From NCBI GenBank assembly GCA_038087875.1, contig CM075987.1:26910001-26974000 (forward strand): 64,000 nucleotides of DNA, in the 5' to 3' direction. Position numbers and translations under genes: made by a program. Source of the DNA: Malacoraja senta. Taxonomy: Eukaryota. Under the pieces are notes generated by a model. The model was given only the letters and a program-made list of their open reading frames with translations. It had not been told where the DNA came from and ran no database searches. Positions 35,441 through 49,558 of this stretch are shown here, in pieces; position 1 is the first letter of the stretch, and every line of letters begins with the position of its first letter.

Positions 35441-35823
35441 CACATAAAATTATTTTTACTTTGTTTGGTAATCTATCATTTTAGTTGGAACCCAAACCCC
35501 CTCAAGAGGAAACTGCTTATAAAAACAATTAAAAAGAACAGGCGGCTTCAAGCACCCTTACTATGTTGTATAATGGATATCCAAATACATTTCAAAGAAT
35601 TAATCCTCAAACAAATCACTTAAAGAGATGAAAGGCAGCTGCATGTGAAACATTAATAATATTCGCCGTCATTGTCTCCAATCCCCTCCTACTTTTCATG
35701 TTAGTTTGATCAATTTCAAATGGAGGAGGGAAATCCACCTAAATGAAGATGAACCATCTCTGGAGAAAAAGGTTGGGTGACATTTCAGGTCGAGAACCTT
35801 CTTCAGACTGATTGTAATGGGGG

Positions 35824-37307
35824 CAAGAGCGGAACATGGAGGGGACGGGGGACACAATTTTTTGGCGGCCGCGCGCGCATGCGCACACTCACACACACAC
35901 GCACGAGGCAGTATCTTTGCTTCGGAGGCTCAATCCAGCGTTAAATGCAGCTCAACTCTGCCTGTCTCACCGGGTTAACTACAGCCCTGGCTGGACTGAC
36001 GGGACACCAGCGCTGCTTCTCCGCGCTGGCCATATTTCCCGCAAGTCCAGGAAGGCTATAGGCTCACCTGGCAGGACAGGCAGAGTTGAGCTGGGTTTAG
36101 TCAAGTCAAGTCAAGTCAAGTGAGTTTATTGTCATGTGTCCCTGGTAGGACAATGAAATTCTTGCTTTGCTTCAGCACAACAGAACATAGTAGGCATTTA
36201 CTACAAGGCATTCTATAAATATATACACAATGGTCAATATACTGATAAAGTGCAAATAACAGTATTGGCTAGTAAAGTTCAGTGTTATGTCCGAGCCAGG
36301 TTTAATAGCCTGATGGCTGTGGGGAAGTAGCTATTCCTGAACCTGGTCGTTGCAGTCTTCAGGCTCCTGTACCTTCTACCTGAAGGTAGTAGGGAGATGA
36401 GTGTGTGGCCAGGATGGTGTGGGTCCTTGATGATACTGCCAGCCTTTTTGAGGCAGCGACTGTGGTAGATCCCCTCGATGGAAGGGAGGTCAGAGCCGAT
36501 GATGGACTGGGCAGTGTTTACTACTTTTTGTAGTCTTTTCCTCTCCAGGGCGCTCAAGTTGCCGAACCAAGCCACGATGCAACCGGTCAGCATGCTCTCT
36601 ACTGTGCACCTGTAGACGTTAGAGAGAGTCCTCCTTGACAAACCGACTCTCCGTAATCTTCTCAGGAAGTAGAGGCGCTGATGTGCTTTCTTAATAATGG
36701 CATCATTGTTCTCGGACCAGGAAAGATCTTCAGAGATGTGCACGCCCAGGAATTTGAAGCTCTTGACCCTTTCAACCATCGACCCGTTGATATAAACGGG
36801 ACTGTGGGTCCCCATCCTACTCCTTCCAAAGTCCACAATCAGTTTAGCGCTGTTTCTCTGCGCTGGCTGTGGGCCTGGGGGGCACCACGCCCGTTTGACT
36901 CCCGACCAAAGATCCTATAGCGGAGGATCTCTGCTGCCGACCTCTCCGGCCACCCTTGGGGGAGGGGGCACTCGGGACAGCTCCGGAGACCCGGCCGGGA
37001 TCGATCCTGCCTGCGGATGAAGCGCAGGTCTGTGCCACGTCTTCCTCCTCCAATCACCGCGCTCTATCCTCAGTCCCACCCTCCCTCCCTCCTCCAATCA
37101 TCGCGCTTAATTATCATGTCCCGCCCCCATTGCCCGCTGACCGACATCTCTCTCGTCCAATCGGCACCCTCGATCATCAGTTCCACCCCCACTGTCTCGC
37201 GGAAAGTGGAGGTTTTAAAATAGGGATCACAAAAACTTGGGGGGGATGTCCCCCACCTCTCAAAACACAGGGGGGACACGCTGGCCCCCCCGGGTTTTCC
37301 GCCCCTG
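35824..37307. mobile_element. non-autonomous hAT-like DNA transposon with 8-bp TSD
   Basis: Termini caagagcggaa / ttccgcccctg, subterminal ggggac(a/g) motifs, TSD aatggggg at 35816-35823 / 37308-37315. Confidence 0.7.
36101..36841 (-). mobile_element. Rex1/Babar LINE 3' fragment nested in the hAT element
   Basis: ORF 36285..36836 (FKFLGVHI..KAHQRLYFLRRLRR..LPSGRRYRS..FPTAIRLLN); (cttga)n tail; TSD gtttag at 36095-36100 / 36842-36847. Confidence 0.9.
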
Positions 37308-37524
37308 AATGGGGGGGGGGGGGTGGGGGGAGAGAAGAAAGCTGGAAAATGGGAAAGGGAGGACAGAAAGGTCAGTGTGGGAATGGGAAGGGGAATTAAA
37401 GTGATTGGCAACCGGGAGATGGCGTAGGCCAAGGCGGACTGAGCGAGGATGTTCAGTGAGCAATCGTCAATTATTGGGAGGGGTCGGGCAAGTGTGGAAG
37501 GGGAGTTTTGTTGAGTTCCGTTTT

Positions 37525-37823
37525 TAATTCAGAGATACAGCCCTTCGGCCCACTGAGTCCGCACCAACCAGCGACCCCCGCACACTAACACTATCCTACA
37601 CATACTAGGGACATTGTTACGTTTATACCAAGCCAATTAACCTACAAACTACGTCTTTGGAGTGTGGGAGGAAATCGGAGTTCTCATAGAAAACCCACGC
37701 AGGTCAACGGGGAGAACGTACAAACTCCGTACAGACAAGCACCCGTAGTCAGGATCGAACCCGGGTCTCTGGCACTGTAAGCGCTGTAAGGCAGCAACTC
37801 TACCACTGCGCCACCATGCCACC
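37525..37823 (-). mobile_element. HE1-like V-SINE
   Basis: Near full-length. Confidence 0.85.
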
Positions 37824-37830
37824 CAGAGTT

Positions 37831-38207
37831 TAGACAATAGACAATAGGTGCAGGAGTGGACCATTTGGCCCTTCGCGCCAGCACCGCCATTCAATGTGAT
37901 CATGGCTGATCATCCCCAATCAGTACCCCGTTCCTGCCTTCTGCCCATATCCCCTGACTCCGCTGACTTTAAGAGCCCTATCTAGCTCTCTCTTGAAAGT
38001 GTCCAGAGAACCGGCCTCCACCGCCCTCTGAGGCAGAGAATTCCACAGACTCACAACTCTCTGTGTGAAAAAGTGTTTCCTCATCTCCGTTCTAAATGAC
38101 TTACCCCTTATTCTTAAACTGTGGCCCCTGGTTCTGGACTCCCCCAGCATCGGGAACATGTTTTCTGCCTCTAGCCTGTCCAAACCCCTAATGATCTTAT
38201 ATGTTTG
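37831..38207 (-). mobile_element. CR1 3' fragment
   Basis: ORF 37920..38228. Confidence 0.9.
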
Positions 38208-38796
38208 ATAGGCAGGTGGTTGGAACAAAGGCCAGAGATAAGAAAGAAAGGTGTGAGACTGGTTTGGAGTTACTGATTGTGAAGCAGGAGGGAGGAAGTT
38301 AGCGGGCAGGGGGAGAGAGACATAGTCAACTCATTTTACCTTGGGAAAACGTTTTTCTTTAATGTCAGTGCTCCAATCACAACATAAGATTAACAACTTG
38401 GGAGCGCTGGATTCCAGGTTCTTTGCCAACCAATTATAAGCAAACTAATTGACAAACAGTAACAAAACAAGTAAGTAAATTGTTGGCAGAAGCGAAGGTT
38501 TGCAAGTGGCAGTCAGCCAAGCAGTCGGCATGTCAAAGCAGCCCACAGTATCGACAATACAGACAAAATGCTGGAGTCACTCAGCGGGTCAGGCAGCATC
38601 TCTGGAGACAAAGGATGGGTGACGTTTCTGGCCGGGACCCATCCTCGGATGGAACGCAGAGCGGGGGTGAGGTAGGAAAAGGCAAGAACAAATCAGAGCC
38701 TGCAACAGATGACCAAGGAAGGGGGAAGTCCCTTTGTTTTGCTGGGAAAGAGGTGATAACGAAAGGATACAGGGATCCGTACAGTGGAATTAGCAG

Positions 38797-39020
38797 AGTC
38801 ACAGAGTGATACAGTGTGGAAACAGGCCCTTCAGCCCAACTTGCCCACACCGGCCAACATGTCCCATCTACACTAGTCCCACCTGCCTGCGTTTGGTCCA
38901 TATCCCTCCAAACCTGTCCTATCCATGTACCTGTCTAACTGTTTCTTAAACGTTGGGATAGTCTCAGCCTCCACTACCTCCTCCGGCAGCTCGTTTCACC
39001 CACCCACCACCCTTTGTGTG
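38797..39020 (-). mobile_element. CR1 3' fragment
   Basis: Same family as 1090-1551 and 44655-44997. Confidence 0.8.
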
Positions 39021-39039
39021 AATTATTTGTACGACATAG

Positions 39040-39306
39040 GATGACTAGGGTGGGGGAGGGTTGGAGAGAGAGGAAAGGCACGGGCTACTTGAAGTTAGAG
39101 AAGTCAATGTTCATACCACTGGGGTGTAAGCTGCCCAAGCAAAATATGAGGTGCTGTTCCTCCAATTTGCACTGGGCCTCACTCTGACAGTGGAGGAGGC
39201 CCAGGACAGGAAGATCAGTGTGGGAATGGGAAGCCAAATTAAAGTGTTTGGCAACCGGGAGATCAGGTAGGCCCAGGCGGACTGAGCGAAGGTGTCCAGT
39301 GAACAA
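39040..39306 (-). mobile_element. Penelope GIY-YIG C-terminal fragment
   Basis: HLRSVR..PVAKHFN..HSHTDL.VLGLLHC..KLEEQHLIF.LGSLHPSGMN. Confidence 0.85.
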
Positions 39307-39766
39307 TCATCAGTTATCCATAGAATGGACAATTAGATGCGTATCTGAACTGCACCCAAGTACAACGTGAATGTTTTCTTCCTTTCTCTGTAATGTTTGT
39401 GCATGGAAGGCAAGGGGTTTACAGTCCAATTAATACATTGTACTTCAATGATTGAGTGGTTCTTTATTGTCACATGTCCCTCGGTACAGTGAAGTTCTTT
39501 GTCCAACCCGGTAAAATCATACAGCAGACCTCACCGAGGCGGTAACACAAAGAGTCGCCACTTTTCTGGCGCTGACAAGGTTACAAAAAGTGAATCGGAC
39601 AGTTTCATCTTCTGCTCACAGTGGTGAACCAGCCCCCCCCCCCCGCCGCACATGGCACAGGCGGCCCCCTCCTCTGCTGGGTCCCCCTTTGTTTTCGGTG
39701 CCCACCCCCCCCCCGCCCGGTCACGCCTCGCTCTCGGCGCTGCGGATCCCTACTCTCTCGGCAGTT

Positions 39767-40390
39767 GGGCGGCACGATGGCGCAGCGGTAGAGTTGCTGC
39801 CTTGCAGCGCCACAGACCCAGGTTCGATCCCGACTGCGGGTGCTGTCTGTACGGAGATTGAACATTCCCCCCGTGACCCGCGTGGGTTTGCTCCGGATGC
39901 TCCGGTTTCCTAAGACGTAGTTTGGAGGTTCGGAGGGTTTTTTTTGTGTGTTTTTTAATTTTTTATTTATTAGAAGTACATTACATTACAACCACATACA
40001 TTAGTACTCGTCACTTATATCTTCTTACAATTAATGTACTCCATTTGTTTTTTACACTAGAAAAAGGAAAGGATAAGATTGAAAGAAAGAAGAAAGTGAA
40101 GGAAAAAGTGAGAGTGTAGAAAATGTGACAACAAAAAAGGACGAAGACCCTATAAGAACAAAATTAAAAACAAAAGAAAAAGAGTTAAGAAATAGACCCT
40201 AGAAAAGAAGGAGAAAGAGAAAGAGGAAAAAGAGAGAAACAAATATATTTTATGAGCATTACGCAAATGGGTTTGGAGGTTAATTGGCCCCAGTGTGTGT
40301 AGAATAGTGCTAGTGAGCAGGGATCGCTGGTTGGCACGGACTCGGTGGGCCGAAGGGCCTGTTTCCGCGCAGTATCTCTAAACTAACCTA
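39767..40390 (+). mobile_element. HE1-like V-SINE split by an A/T-rich retroelement 3' fragment (39931-40270)
   Basis: 11-bp TSD gtttggaggtt at 39920-39930 / 40271-40281; insert resembles 21212-21564. Confidence 0.75.
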
Positions 40391-41407
40391 ATAAGTTGCT
40401 CGCAGTGGTCCATCCTCTTGCTCGGCGACACCTGTCCCTCCTTGCTCAACGTACAAACTCTGTACAGACAGCACCCGTAGTCAGGATCGAACCCGGCTCT
40501 CTGGCGCTGTGAGGCAGCAACGTTACCGCTGTGCCACCGTGCCACACTTCATTTAACATAGGTCCTAAATTACAAAGCAGTTGACAGTTTTAATAGTGCA
40601 GCAATTTAAACATCCCTGAAATTAATTTGTGGCAGACAAAAATTGAAAAATTAAGACGGTTTTCTTAGCGTTAGAGCAGATTATGAGCTGATGTGACAGA
40701 GGTTCTTTTTCAATCAGACAGTTGAGATAAATTAAGTTAATTTCCAATGATTGAAAAATTTGGAGACAGGTTTAGACAGATAAAACTCACAGTTTGCCAT
40801 TGCAGCAGAGGTCATGCTGATTTTAGGAATAGATTAGATAAATGGTTCAAGAAAAGACAAGAGGGAATAGAGTGGATAAACAAAAACATGAAGACACAAA
40901 TCAGTGTGAAGAAGGGTCTCGACCCAACACGTCGCCCATTCCTTCTCTCCATAGATGCTGCCTCACCCGCTGAGTTTCTCCAGCATTTTTGTCTACCTTC
41001 GATTTTTCCAGCATCTGCAGTTCTTTCTTAAACCTCGATCTATAAATATAATTTGGCAGCAGTCCCAGAGGAAGTCATTATATTCTCAAGGATGCAGGCA
41101 CCTGGTGCAAAAATCAACCCCTTTTAGAACAAGAAAAAATGCTAGCCTTTCCTTACCTCCAGTTCCTCCCCCATCCCCCCCACCCCACCCCCCCACCCCC
41201 ACCCCCCCCCCATCCCCCCTTACAATCAGTCTGAAGGAAGGTCCCCACCAAAAATGTCACCTGTTCATGTTCTCCAGGGATGCTGCCTGAGCTGCTGAGT
41301 TACTCCGGCCCTTATAGAACACGATCTCAATGCAGTATTTGATACAAACCTTTTTGTTCAAATCCTCTCCTTCCCACCCAAGATATTTCCCAGTATATTT
41401 CCAACAT

Positions 41408-41750
41408 GGCACGGTGGCGCAGCGGTAGAGTTGCTGCCTCACAGCGCCGGAGACCCGGGTTTGATCCTGACTACGGGCGCTGTCTGTGCGGAGTTTGTAC
41501 CTTCTCCCCGTGACCTGCGTGGGTTTTCTCCGGGTGCTCCGGTTTCCTCCCACACTCCAAAGACGTGCAGGATTGTAGGTTAATAGGCTTGGTATAAATG
41601 TGAAAATTGTCCCGTGTGTGTGTAGGGCAGTGTTAGTGCGTGGGGATCGCTGGCCGGCGCAGACTCGGTGGGCCGAAGGTTCTGTTTCCGTGCTGTATCC
41701 CTAAACTAAACTAAACTAAACTAAACTAATCTAAACTAACCTAAACCAAA
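41408..41750 (+). mobile_element. HE1-like V-SINE, full length
   Basis: Head, V-domain, long (CTAAA)n tail. Confidence 0.9.
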
Positions 41751-41770
41751 GTAACTTAATCGCATCCTAT

Positions 41771-42093
41771 GTCAAGTCAAGTCACATTTATTTATATAGC
41801 ACATTTAAAAAACAACTCTCGTTGGCCAAAGTGCTTTACATTTGTTATAAGAATAGCACAAACAAAACAAACTACATACATATATACATGTAGCCCTCAC
41901 TCAGAGGACGTCAGGAAAGGCTTGGGAGTATAGATAAGTCTTTAGTCTTGACTTAAAAGAGTCGATGGAGGGGGCAGTTCTGATGGGAAGGGGGATGCTG
42001 TTCCACAGTCTAGGAGCTGCAACCGCAAAGGCGCGGTCGCCCCTGAGCTTACGCCTAGACCGTGGGATATTCAGCAACCCCAAGTCGGCCGAT
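41771..42093 (-). mobile_element. L2 3' fragment
   Basis: GDRAFAVAAPRLWNSIP..FKSRLKTYLY; (gactt)n tail; 3' part near-identical to 63068-63223. Confidence 0.88.
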
Positions 42094-42497
42094 CATATAA
42101 CAGAACTACAACTGTCTGGGTGACTCGAGAAGAGGAATGAATATAAACTTGCTCGTGAGAGTTAGAATCTGAGTAAAGTTATGACAAATGCACCAGATCA
42201 AAACCTTGCCACAATCATTCCAACATGGGACAACAACAATCGTTATCTCTTCTCTCCACTATTATTAGCTACCTGTATCATGAATTTGAAACCTTATCTT
42301 TATGCACACCACCGTACTGCCTCTCTGAGCTGTTCAAATCCTTTGTTTTTCCTTTCGACATGAGGAGAATTAAATTGCTGATTTATATCAGCTAAACTAT
42401 AGCACTGAAAACAGTTTTGGTTGTGTTTTGAATATTTATAAATCAATGGACAAGATCTGATTGCATTGCATAAAGCTTTTTTACATTGTACAGTTTA

Positions 42498-42753
42498 AGC
42501 CCCTGTCCCACTTTCACGACCTAATTCACGACCTCTGCCGAGTTTGCCCTTGACTCATACTCGCAGCATGGTCATCACGGGGTCGTAGGAGGTCGTAAGA
42601 GGTCATAGGAGGTCGTAGGAGGTCGTAGCAGGCCGTGATGCCAGTCGTAGGTACTCGTGGCATCAAGTAGGTTGGGGCGTTTTTCTAGCATGATGAAAAA
42701 TGTCCACGAGTAAAAAAGGTCGTGAATTAGATCGTGAAAGTGGGACAGGCCCT
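42498..42753. mobile_element. PIF/Harbinger-type MITE
   Basis: TIR ag(c/g)(c/g)cctgtcccactttcacga; TTA TSD at 42495-42497 / 42754-42756; ggtcgtagga repeats. Confidence 0.85.
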
Positions 42754-42977
42754 TTAGTTTAGTTTCGTTTTGTTTAGAGATAACAGCACGGAACCAGGAC
42801 CTTCGGCCCACCAAGTCCACACCGACCAGCGATCCCTGGCATACAGGACAGTGCCAGCGTATCGGGTGATTGCTGGTTAGCACGGACTCTGTGGGCTGAA
42901 GGGCCTGTTTCTGCACTGTATCTTAATAAAACTGCTTGATTAGCAGCGAGTGAAGACTTGCTCTCAATTTTGTTTCA

Positions 42978-43590
42978 TTTAGAGATACAGCCCACCGTGT
43001 CCGCGCCGACCAGCGATCACCCCGTACACTAACACTATCCTACACACACTAGCGACAATTTACAATTTTTACCCAAACTAATTAACCTACAAACCTGTAC
43101 GTCTTTGGAGTGTGGGAGGAAACCGGAGATCCTGGAGAAAACCCACGCAGGTCACGGGGAGAAGGTACAAACTCCGTACAGACAGCACCCGTAGTCAGGA
43201 TCGAACCCGGGTCTCTGGCGCAGTGAGGCAGCAACTCTACCGCTGCGCCACCGTGCTGCCCCAAAATGATTAATGCAAATTAGAAATTCTGCTAAGCCAA
43301 TGTTTTTCAATCGCATCTTATAATTTGTAATCCTGAATCAGACCATGTTATCCATCAAACCACTTTAAAGGGGGCATTTGCTCCTAGCTCGCTTCAACAA
43401 TGGGCTAGGTTTTTCAATGTAATAAGACGTGAGGCACGGCGGTGCAGCGGTAGAGTTGCTGCCTTACACGCCGGAGACCCGGGTTCGATCCTGACTACGG
43501 GTGCTGTCTGTACGGAGTTTGTACGTTCACTCTGTGACATGCGTGGGGTTTTTCTCCGGGTGCTCCGGTTTCCTCCCACACTCCAAAGAC
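42978..43590. mobile_element. two HE1-like SINEs head-to-head (42978-43262 minus, 43432-43590 plus)
   Basis: tRNA heads and V-domains on opposite strands. Confidence 0.8.
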
Positions 43591-44029
43591 TCAGTGGCTC
43601 CCTTTAAATGTTGCAAGCATATTGAATGTAGGGTCACATCCCAGTCGCTCTGTGGGAACGATGCCTTTGTTCGTCCTTGATTGCATTGTCAGTGTGCGCT
43701 GGTTGCTCTGTTATACACACAGTCTTCTCATCTGTCAAGCCTGCAACACAAGAAGGGGAAGTCTGAATGGCAGGAAGTTGTGACAGAAGGGGAAGTCTGA
43801 ATGGCAGGCTGTATCGTGGATAGTGGCAACATATAGAAGAACAAGGGCAGATGTGTTGTGAAGGTTACATATGAGACAACGAGCAGGTGATCGAGGCAGC
43901 TGCCAGCTCACTCTTTAATTAGTTGGTAAGCAGAATCTCATAACTTCAAAAGTTCTAGCAGCAGAATTAGGCCATTCGGCCCATCAAGTCTACTCCGCCA
44001 TTCAATCACAGCTGATCTATCTCTCCCTC

Positions 44030-44278
44030 TCAACACTAGGGGCAATTTTTAAAAACATTTACACCAAGCCAATTAACCTACAAACCTGTACATCTTTGGA
44101 GTGTGGGAGGAAACCGGAGATCCTGGAGAAAACCCACGCAGGTCACGTACAAATTGCAGAGATGCTGCCTGAGCGGCTGAGAACGTACAAACTGCGTACA
44201 GCCAGCACCCGTAGTCAGGATCGAACCCGGGTCTCTGGTGCTGTGAGGCAGCAACTCTACCGCTGCGCCACCGCGCTG
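44030..44278 (-). mobile_element. HE1-like V-SINE (partial)
   Basis: V-domain and head. Confidence 0.75.
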
Positions 44279-44654
44279 TCCCGTGACCGACTCCTCAATT
44301 CTGCTTGAGTATAATGTGACTTCTCATCAAAGTCCTCATCGGTTTCACATCCATAAATAATGACAAAATGAAAGATAACAACAAACTGACGTTCCCATTC
44401 AGTCAGAAGAAAGGTCTCGACCTGAAACGTCACCCATTCCTTCTCTCCAGAGATGCTGCCTGTCCTGCTGAGTTACTCCAGCATTTTGTGTCTATCCCTG
44501 CCAACTCAAGATTGATTTTGGATCAATGCCATTGCTTCATTCCCGATGAATGGACATCCTAATAGAATATTACTCATGTCAGAATGAGTTGGAAGCAAAG
44601 GAAAACGCACCACCCATTCTTAGCTCCATGGCTCATTGAAGTCTATAAACATGG

Positions 44655-44997
44655 AGTCACAGAGTGATACAGCGTGGAAACAGGCCCTTCAGCCCAACTT
44701 GCCCACACTGGCCAACATGTCCCAGCAACACTAGTCCCACCTGCCTGCCTTTGGCCCATATCCCTCCAAACCTGTCCTATCCATGTACCTGTCTAACTGT
44801 TTCTTAAACGTTGGGAAAGTCCCTGCCTCAACTGCCTGCTCCGGCAGCTTGTTCCATACACCCACCACCCTTTGTGTGAAAAAGTTGCCCTTCAGATTCC
44901 CAATAAATCTTTTCCCCTTCACCTTAAACCTATGTCCTCTGGTTCTCGACTCCCCTACTCTGGGCAAGAGACTCTGTGCATCTACCCGATCTATTCC
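44655..44997 (-). mobile_element. CR1 3' fragment
   Basis: ORF 44731..45063 GIDRVDAQSLLP..KGNFFTQRVVGVWNKLP. Confidence 0.88.
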
Positions 44998-45331
44998 GCT
45001 ACTCTGGGCGAGACACCTTATGCGTCTAACCAGTCTATTCTGATCATCCTGACAGAGAGACACAATAGATTCTGTGTTGCTACAAGCGTCAGGTCTGCAT
45101 TAATTATCTTTCAGGGTTAATGTAGGCAGGGTCAATAAGTAGATGTACATTTTGGATAAGCAAATGTACTCGCAGACTTGACTGACACGCTCTTTAATTG
45201 GAGAGATCTTTCAAACAGCCAGCAAGGCCACATTGAGTATGCTGTCTTATTTTGTGCTGTAAGGAGCTATGATTTCATTTATGACTTAATATCTGAAGTT
45301 AGTATTCTGGACCCACTGGAAACTATTTAGA

Positions 45332-45633
45332 CTTTGGAGGTACAGCGTGGAAACAGGCCCTTTGGTCCACCAAGTCCGTGCCGACCAGCGATCACCCCGT
45401 ACACTAGAACTATCCTCCACACACAAGGGACAATTTGCAATCTAACCACGCCAATTAACCTACAAACCTGTACGTCTTTGGAGTGTGGGAGGAAACCGAA
45501 GATGTCGGAGAAAACCCACGTGGGTCGCGGGGAGAACGTGCAAACTCCGTACAGACAGCACCCGTGGTCAGGATCGAACCCGGGTCCCTGGCGCTGTGAG
45601 GCAGCAACTCTACCGCTGCGTCACCGTGCCGCC
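45332..45633 (-). mobile_element. HE1-like V-SINE
   Basis: Full-length copy. Confidence 0.85.
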
Positions 45634-46529
45634 CTTTGTTGTTATGGAGTAACAAAGATCTCTCACTGTGGAGAGACTGCTCTCTTCGATAGCATCCCAG
45701 TTTATTCCAAGCGCTCAGTTTGAGGAGAAAGCACAGTGACATTTTCACGGTGGCTGCGTGGAGGTTAAGATAGAAGCTAAAGAGCCTGGAGAGATAACGA
45801 AACTAAAGAGTCTTGAGAAGATCACACATTGCCCTCACGGGGATGAGGGGAAGAAACTCAAACAAGAAAAGCCAAAGCAAATAAAAATAATTGGGTATGA
45901 AATATTGATGATAGGATGGCAGGTACAATGGAAGTGATAATTGGCAAACCCTGTAATGTCATTTATAAAGAAGAGGGTGTCGCTCAACTTCCCATTTCTG
46001 CAATTCTTAATTTCCCAATGGTGTCCTATTAAATCTTCATGACTTTGTTTCCTCGTTGCCTTTCTGGGTTTTTTCTTGTGTATTTGAAAATCACAGCGCA
46101 CAGCCATGTGTTAGCAGTTCAACAGAGGTTCTCTTTGAAGGAGAAAATCTTTGACTACACCAAAGCCAATGGTAGACAAAATTGCTGGAGAAACTCAGCG
46201 GGTGAGGCAGCATCCTTGGAGCGAAGGAATAGGTGACGTCTCGGGTCGAGATCCTTCCTCAGACTCCACCAATATCTGCCCGCTTGGAAGCAGCTGGGTA
46301 GTTATCAAAGGGAGCAGTCTTTCCAAAGTGTGAGATATTTGACTACACCAACACACTTTTCCCGAAAGCAATCCCATTGGAATATGGCAGCATTTGGTGG
46401 TGCAATGGGTTCAGCGTGTATTTGCACTGCCTAGTTTCTTCCTTGTACTGTGTGAGGTTTCAGAATATCTACACGGGCTTTTAAGCTATAAAGCTGTAGT
46501 TTGAGACATATTCCGTTGTATTCTCAATG

Positions 46530-46960
46530 GAAGTTCATAAGTGATAGGAGTAGAATTAGGCCATTCGGCCCATCAAGTCAACTCCGCCATTCAATCATAG
46601 CTGATTTATCTACCCCTCTTGACCCCATTCTGCTGCCTTCTCCCCATAACCACTGACACCCGAACTAATCAAGAAATTATCTATCTCAGCTTTAAAAATA
46701 TCCATTAATTTGGTCTCCACAACCTTCTTTGGCAATGAATTTCACAGATTCACCACCCTCTGATGCAAGAAATTTCTCCTCATCTACTTCCTAAAGGGCC
46801 TGTCCCACTTAAGCGATTTTTCTGGCGACTTGCCGGCTCCCGTCATAGTCGCAGCAGGTTGCCGAAAATTTACAACATGTTGAAAATCCAGCGGCGACCA
46901 GAACAAGGTACGACTCTTTGGGCGACTACTCACCACCAAATAGGCTTCACCCCGCGACAT
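46530..46960. mobile_element. CR1 3' fragment (minus) joined to a truncated Harbinger-type MITE (46795-46960)
   Basis: taa|agggcctgtcccactta terminus; interior shares acatgttgaaaatccagcggcgaccagaa with 26813-27212. Confidence 0.75.
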
Positions 46961-47667
46961 TCTCCCTGTGACCTGTGTGGGTTTTCTCCAGGTGCTCCGG
47001 TTTCCTCCCACACTCCAAACATGTGCAGGTTTGTAGTTTAATTGGCTTCTGTAAAACTGTAAAATTCTCTCTGGTGTGTAGGATAGCAGGGCCTATGAGA
47101 GGGGGGGTGCAGGGGGTACATCGTACCCGGGCCCGGAGTCCAAAAGAGGGCCCGGGGGGAGCCAAAGGAGGGGGCCGGGAATTTCCTAAAATCTCAGAAA
47201 ATGTTTGCATCTATTTTATGAAGACGAGCATTCACATTTTGTGTGAGGCTACATAGATTTATATATCGTAATTTGTAGAAATTGTGATCCATAATAACGC
47301 GGGGAATTTTAACTGGAGGGTGTGTGATTGGGGTAACCTGATTAAGGGGGAAGGGGAAGACCCATCACTACTGATGGATCCACCCTGTAGGATTGGGGGT
47401 GGGGGGCACTCGGGCCCAGCAGAGACAGACCACGTGCTGTCTGTCTGCATGGTGGAGGTTGTGGGCCTGGTGCTGGGCTGGGAACTCTGGTGAGGTGACG
47501 GCTCTGGCCCGCTGGTGGCCGGTGGAGAGGCGAGGGAGGGTTGGCGGAGTCGCTGGTGGAGGCCCGTGGGGGGGGGGGGAACTGGAGTATAGATTCGGGC
47601 AGCAGCGTCCGTGGTACCGGAGAGACAGTGAAGGTCGGTGACAGTGGCTGTTTCAGTGGCCTGGGTT

Positions 47668-48420
<753 letters not shown>

Positions 48421-48429
48421 TAGTAGGAG

Positions 48430-48742
48430 GGTGAATTTTGTAAATGCCCAGTTAAAACCAATAGATCTATTGAACTTGTTACCAAAGTATAGACTGTTTC
48501 CAAATGTTCGTGTCAGCTTAAGAATACTATTAACAATTCCAGCAACAGGAGCTTCTGCAGAGAGGTCATTTAGCAAACTCAAGCTGATTCAGAATTATTT
48601 AAGGTCTACAATGTCTCAGGAATGTCTTGTGGATTTGGCCAGGCTTAGTATTGAATCAAACATTGCCAGAACAATACATTTTCATGCTGTGATTTGAAAA
48701 TTTTCACAAAAGAAGTCCAGGAAAGCTCTTTATTTAAAGTAA
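48430..48742 (+). pseudogene. hAT transposase C-terminal dimerisation-domain remnant
   Basis: FPNVRVSLRILLTIPATGASAERSFSKLKLIQNYLRSTMSQECLVDLARLSIE; in-frame stop at 48695-48697. Confidence 0.88.
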
Positions 48743-49558
48743 ATACTAAGCCTATCTACCCTCTTTTACTTTTTACTAATAAATATGTCTTCTGATGATC
48801 TGATCTGCATTGAAATATGAAAAGATGTTTCAATGTGAAATCTTTCTCCTTATCTGTATTGTAGCATAAACAAAGATGTTCAAAACAAATGTGCTTTCTT
48901 CTTTCTGATCCTTTTATTTTATTTATATTTATCATGGAGGGAGTGTAGGAGCATAAGGCCTGAAATGCAGAAAATCAACAGAGCGCTCCATTCCACCCCT
49001 ATCTCATCTTCCATTCCCCTTTTTGCCTTGCAGGCTACAGCTCGTGGCATAAACCGGCAGTGGATAAAAACAGGATGACTAATGGAGAAGGGAAGGGGGC
49101 CCGAAAGAAATGTTGTACCCACTGATAAAATTCTTCTCAGAGGCCCTGTAAGATAGTGTTGGTGTGCGGGGGTTCGCTGGTCGGCACGGACTCGGTGGTA
49201 CGTGCAAGGGATTATAAAGACAAATTCACAATCAGAGCATAGTCCTGTATTGCCAACAATCCTAAAGCACTCAGGCCTTTTGTTTGAAATGGGTTTAAGA
49301 AAGGAATTCTGAAATCTCCTCAGAATGATCATTCTGCTTTGTTCCAATTAGTCTGTTGGATGCCAGAAGGAAGATAGACAGGCCAGAATGTCTCCGTGGA
49401 TGATGTGACATGATAGGAATAGAAATGATTGACTTTGATGCTCACACAGTCAAGTTCATGGAGTGGATGTGGCTGATAGTTTGTTTATTGTTTCACAATG
49501 ACAAAGGTAAGCCTTGTCTGCACCAGCACATTTATTACAGAACAAATCTCCTAGCTTG

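Noticed and set aside
43751..43808. 24-bp direct repeat agaaggggaagtctgaatggcagg
   Set aside because: Simple local duplication with a 10-bp spacer; no further structure
49351..49506. Possible exon ending in strong donor AAG|GTAAGC
   Set aside because: Stops in all three frames; no other support
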